Assembly: GCA_015491865.1 (NCBI GenBank)
Contig: WFVD01000008.1
Span: 138,002 to 202,001 of the forward strand
Reading direction: 5' to 3'
Source: Gammaproteobacteria bacterium
Lineage (GTDB): Bacteria > Pseudomonadota > Gammaproteobacteria > SZUA-140
DNA length: 64,000 nucleotides
Shown: positions 60,848-64,000 of the stretch, piece by piece
How the letters are laid out: every line of letters starts with the position of its first letter
How positions within the stretch are numbered: position 1 is the first letter of the stretch
Program-made: the position numbers and the translations under genes
The notes under the pieces: model-generated
Seen by the model: the letters and a program-made list of their open reading frames with translations, nothing else
Told to the model about the DNA's origin: nothing
Database searches by the model: none

Positions 60848-61729
60848 TCACGCTGCCAGCTCACTCAATAACTGCCGTATCATCTGCTGCGCCTGCGATA
60901 GATAACCGTTGCCAAACAGGTTGAGGTGGTTGAGTATGTGGTAGAGGTTGTAGAGCGTCCTGCGAGTTTGATAGCCGCTGTCGAGCGGGAGCGCACTTTG
61001 ATAGGCGCGATAGAACTGTTCATTGAAACCACCAAAGAGTTCTGTCATGGCGATATCGGCTTCACGATCGCCATAGTAACAGGCGGGGTCAAAGATTAGC
61101 GGTGTACCGCTCTTATCGAAGCAGTAGTTGCCTGACCATAGATCCCCATGGAGCAGTGATGGCAGCGGAGTGTAGCCATCAAACAGCGCACCGAAACAGT
61201 CGAGCAGCCGCTCCCCCTCAGTTTGCAGTGGGCCGTCAAAGCCGTTCTGTCGCGCGAGTTTGAGCTGAAAGCCGAGGCGATGTTCGCGCCAGAAGTCGAT
61301 CCAGTTTTGAGCGGGTGGATTGGGCTGCGGGGTGGAGCCGATGGTGTTGTCCTGCTGCCAGCCAAAATAGTCACAGCGTTGGTTATGCATCGCGGCCAGC
61401 TGCTCACCCAGCTGCGCATGGCTACCGCTGTCGCCAGCAGCGCGATCGATATAACTCATCACCAGAAAGGCGCTCTCACCCGCCGTACCACAGCAGAGTG
61501 GCCGGGGTGTCGCGATCGTAGCGCTATCCAGTATTGCCTGTAGCCCGGCAAGCTCAGCAGTAAACATCGCCAGAGCGTCGCGATTATTGAGTTTAATGAA
61601 GTAACGTTGGCCACTCCCCTCTAATAAAAAGGCCTGATTGATCGAGCCGCCGCCAATCGAGCTGCGCTGCTGGATTTTGAAGGGGTGATGGCAGTTTTCA
61701 GCGATGTGATTTTCGATACGGTTCCACAT
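60848..61729 (-). CDS. Fructosamine kinase family protein (YniA-like)
   Basis: Kinase-fold motifs LHGDLWSGN and DPACYYGDRE. Confidence 0.75.
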   Translation of the reverse strand: MWNRIENHIAENCHHPFKIQQRSSIGGGSINQAFLLEGSGQRYFIKLNNRDALAMFTAELAGLQAILDSATIATPRPLCCGTAGESAFLVMSYIDRAAGDSGSHAQLGEQLAAMHNQRCDYFGWQQDNTIGSTPQPNPPAQNWIDFWREHRLGFQLKLARQNGFDGPLQTEGERLLDCFGALFDGYTPLPSLLHGDLWSGNYCFDKSGTPLIFDPACYYGDREADIAMTELFGGFNEQFYRAYQSALPLDSGYQTRRTLYNLYHILNHLNLFGNGYLSQAQQMIRQLLSELAA

Positions 61730-61909
61730 TAGATCAATATACGCGGAGTCACGCTCGAGTGGTATAGTGGTGTCGTTGTAGTGGCTTGTATCATTACTCT
61801 TTCAGGGGGTTTGGCAGGGGTGTTGACGGGTGTTTAGTTTCGCAGGTGGCCGCGTTATGATGCGGCTCTCGAAAAAAATTTTCAGGTGGCATGACAAGCG
61901 GAGAGTGAC

Positions 61910-62464
61910 GTGGACAGGATCCTTCTACGGTTTATTGAGATTTGTCGCCTAAAGGCAGGTCCTCAGGACTTACCGGCTTCAACGTTGCTGATGGCGATAG
62001 CGCTGCTGGCCTATGGTGCGATCGCGCTGATGCTCACGGTCGGTGAAAAAGGGCCAGGCACTGCCATTCAGGTGGCCCTTGTTGATACCCTGCTACTGGC
62101 GGGGCTAACTTATATTGTACTGTGGGTGCTCGATTTAACCATACGTTATGTACAGATGGTGACGGCAATGGCCGGTGCCTGTGCGTTGATGGAGTTGCTG
62201 CTGTGGCCACTGTTGATGCTACAGCAGTATGGTGTCGATGGTGGCGGTACTTTTTTTATTGTTATCGCAACGGTGCTGTTGTGGTTGTGGTTGATCTGGG
62301 AGGTAGCGATCATCGCCAACATCTTCAAACATGGGCTTGACACCTCTATCTGGATGGCGCTGCTGATCTCATTTTTCTATATCTTTCTCTCATACCGTGT
62401 GATGCGTACACTCTTTTTTAGCCCGGAGGTGGCGGAAGTCGCGGCGGCGGTACCTGTTACCTGA
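61910..62464 (+). CDS. Hypothetical polytopic membrane protein
   Basis: 184 aa with 4-5 hydrophobic helices. No family recognised. Confidence 0.45.
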   Translation: MDRILLRFIEICRLKAGPQDLPASTLLMAIALLAYGAIALMLTVGEKGPGTAIQVALVDTLLLAGLTYIVLWVLDLTIRYVQMVTAMAGACALMELLLWPLLMLQQYGVDGGGTFFIVIATVLLWLWLIWEVAIIANIFKHGLDTSIWMALLISFFYIFLSYRVMRTLFFSPEVAEVAAAVPVT

Positions 62465-62505
62465 CGGGAAGTTCCTTGGTGTTGATTTTGTAAATGGGAG
62501 TCAGG

Positions 62506-63876
62506 ATGCATATCCATATTCTAGGAATCTGTGGCACCTTTATGGGTGGCATTGCGCTACTGGCTCGTCAGCTTGGTTATGAAGTGAGCGGCTCGGATGC
62601 CAATGTCTATCCGCCGATGAGTACGCAGCTGGCGTCGGAGGGGATTGCGCTGTCAGACGGTTACGACCCCGCGCTGCTTGATCCTGCACCGGATCTGGTC
62701 GTCATCGGTAATGCAATGTCACGCGGCAACCCGATGGTTGAGTATCTGCTCGACCGCAATCTTCCCTATATTTCCGGTCCCGCCTTTCTGGCGCAATATA
62801 TCCTGCGTGATCGCTGGGTGCTGGGTGTCGCGGGTACTCATGGCAAAACAACCACTTCAAGTATGCTGGCATGGATGCTTGAATATGCCAAACTAAAGCC
62901 CGGCTTTCTGATTGGCGGCATCCCTGAGAATTTTGGCATCTCGGCGCGGCTGGGTGATGCACCATTTTTTGTCGTCGAAGCAGATGAATATGACGCTGCT
63001 TTTTTTGATAAACGTTCCAAGTTCATTCACTACTGCTCACGCACATTGATTCTGAACAACCTCGAATTTGATCATGCCGATATCTTTGATGATCTCGATG
63101 CGATCAAGCGGCAATTTCATCACCTGGTACGCACCGTGCCGCAGAACGGCTTGATCGTAGCGCCCGGTGATGATGACAATATTAGTGATGTGCTGGAGCA
63201 GGGCTGCTGGACACCCGTCGAGAGTTTTTCTGTGCCGTCAGGTTGGCAGGCACAAAATCTCTCTGAGGATGGTAGTAGCTTTGATGTCTATTTAAAGGGT
63301 GAAAAACAGGGGCGTGTTGAATGGGCGTTGATGGGACAGCACAATATCAATAACGCCCTCGCCGCGATTGCGGCAGCGCGCCATGCCGGGGTGATGGTTC
63401 ACCATGCGATCGATGCGCTGGCTGAATTTCAGAGTGTAAAGCGGCGTATGGAGAGGCGTGGTGAGGTGAACGGCGTACAGGTCTATGATGATTTTGCCCA
63501 CCATCCAACGGCGATTACTATGACGCTGGAGGGGCTTCGTCGGCAGGTCGGCAGTGAGCATATCGTTGCGATACTGGAGCCGAGATCTAATACGATGCAG
63601 ATGGGGGTGCATCAGGAGACGCTTGCAGCGGCCTTTGCCGAGGCTGATGAGGTGATGTTTTTTCAGCCCGCCAGTAGTGACTGTTCAATGCAGAAAATTG
63701 CTGCAGATATCGGGAGTCATGCCCAGGTGTTTGACGCTGTTGATGCCATCGTTGCGCAGGCAGTGAAGGGGGCAAACCCCGGAACCCACCTGCTGGTGAT
63801 GAGTAACGGCGCCTTCGATGGTATTCATCAGAAATTGATTGATGCACTTGAGCTAAAGAGCGGTGGGGTGAAATGA
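62506..63876 (+). CDS. mpl: UDP-N-acetylmuramate:L-alanyl-gamma-D-glutamyl-meso-diaminopimelate ligase Mpl
   Basis: Start [15 protein letters not shown] (62506). Collinear with E. coli Mpl throughout. Confidence 0.9.
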   Translation: MHIHILGICGTFMGGIALLARQLGYEVSGSDANVYPPMSTQLASEGIALSDGYDPALLDPAPDLVVIGNAMSRGNPMVEYLLDRNLPYISGPAFLAQYILRDRWVLGVAGTHGKTTTSSMLAWMLEYAKLKPGFLIGGIPENFGISARLGDAPFFVVEADEYDAAFFDKRSKFIHYCSRTLILNNLEFDHADIFDDLDAIKRQFHHLVRTVPQNGLIVAPGDDDNISDVLEQGCWTPVESFSVPSGWQAQNLSEDGSSFDVYLKGEKQGRVEWALMGQHNINNALAAIAAARHAGVMVHHAIDALAEFQSVKRRMERRGEVNGVQVYDDFAHHPTAITMTLEGLRRQVGSEHIVAILEPRSNTMQMGVHQETLAAAFAEADEVMFFQPASSDCSMQKIAADIGSHAQVFDAVDAIVAQAVKGANPGTHLLVMSNGAFDGIHQKLIDALELKSGGVK

Positions 63877-64000
63877 GCCGCGACTCAATCACTCTGGCGA
63901 TGACCGGCGCCTCTGGCGCACAATATGGCTTGCGCCTGCTGCAGTGCTTGCTGGAGTCGGGTGAGCAGGTCTACCTGATGGTGTCATCCCCTGCTCAGGT
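63873..64000 (+). CDS. ubiX: Flavin prenyltransferase UbiX (N-terminal part, truncated by the window edge)
   Basis: The ATG overlaps the mpl stop (ATGA). [21 protein letters not shown] matches the UbiX/Pad1 N-terminus. Confidence 0.75.
   Translation, partial: MSRDSITLAMTGASGAQYGLRLLQCLLESGEQVYLMVSSPAQ

Overview
Segment of a gammaproteobacterial chromosome (about 55% GC by eye, dense housekeeping genes, and phosphoribulokinase, which suggests a Calvin-cycle autotroph). From 5' to 3' the window holds: a chemosensory cluster (cheA 3' part, an MCP, two tandem cheW, cheR); tex, a HopJ-family gene, an inositol monophosphatase; an RRM protein and a cold-shock protein; a TetR regulator divergent from metH; a second MCP; an HPP-CBS membrane protein; hemF, tsaC and purD; two consecutive giant repeat-rich surface proteins (1591 and 1375 aa) inserted between purD and purH; the fis-dusB-DUF3426-prmA block; a DMT transporter, an HDOD protein, purT, ppiB, a CheX-like/CheY-like pair, srkA, an ABC-F ATPase, accBC-aroQ and a DASS transporter. 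It then carries a decayed type II-C CRISPR-Cas locus: a cas9 broken by two frameshifts and an in-frame TGA, a 5' stub of cas1, no cas2 and no array. This locus is bracketed by a 23-bp perfect inverted repeat whose upstream copy is followed by a strong terminator, which looks like a tracrRNA and a solitary CRISPR repeat. After an AT-rich 1.1-kb noncoding gap come prk, a four-gene module (lipoprotein, Zn metallopeptidase, MotA/ExbB-like channel, ExbD-like TM protein with a vWA/MIDAS domain), a fructosamine-kinase-family gene, mpl and the start of ubiX. No tRNA or rRNA genes were seen. The most interesting items are the CRISPR relic with its tracrRNA-like inverted repeat, the ExbB/ExbD-vWA module, and the giant surface-protein pair that splits purH from purD and carries near-identical 141-bp tandem repeats.
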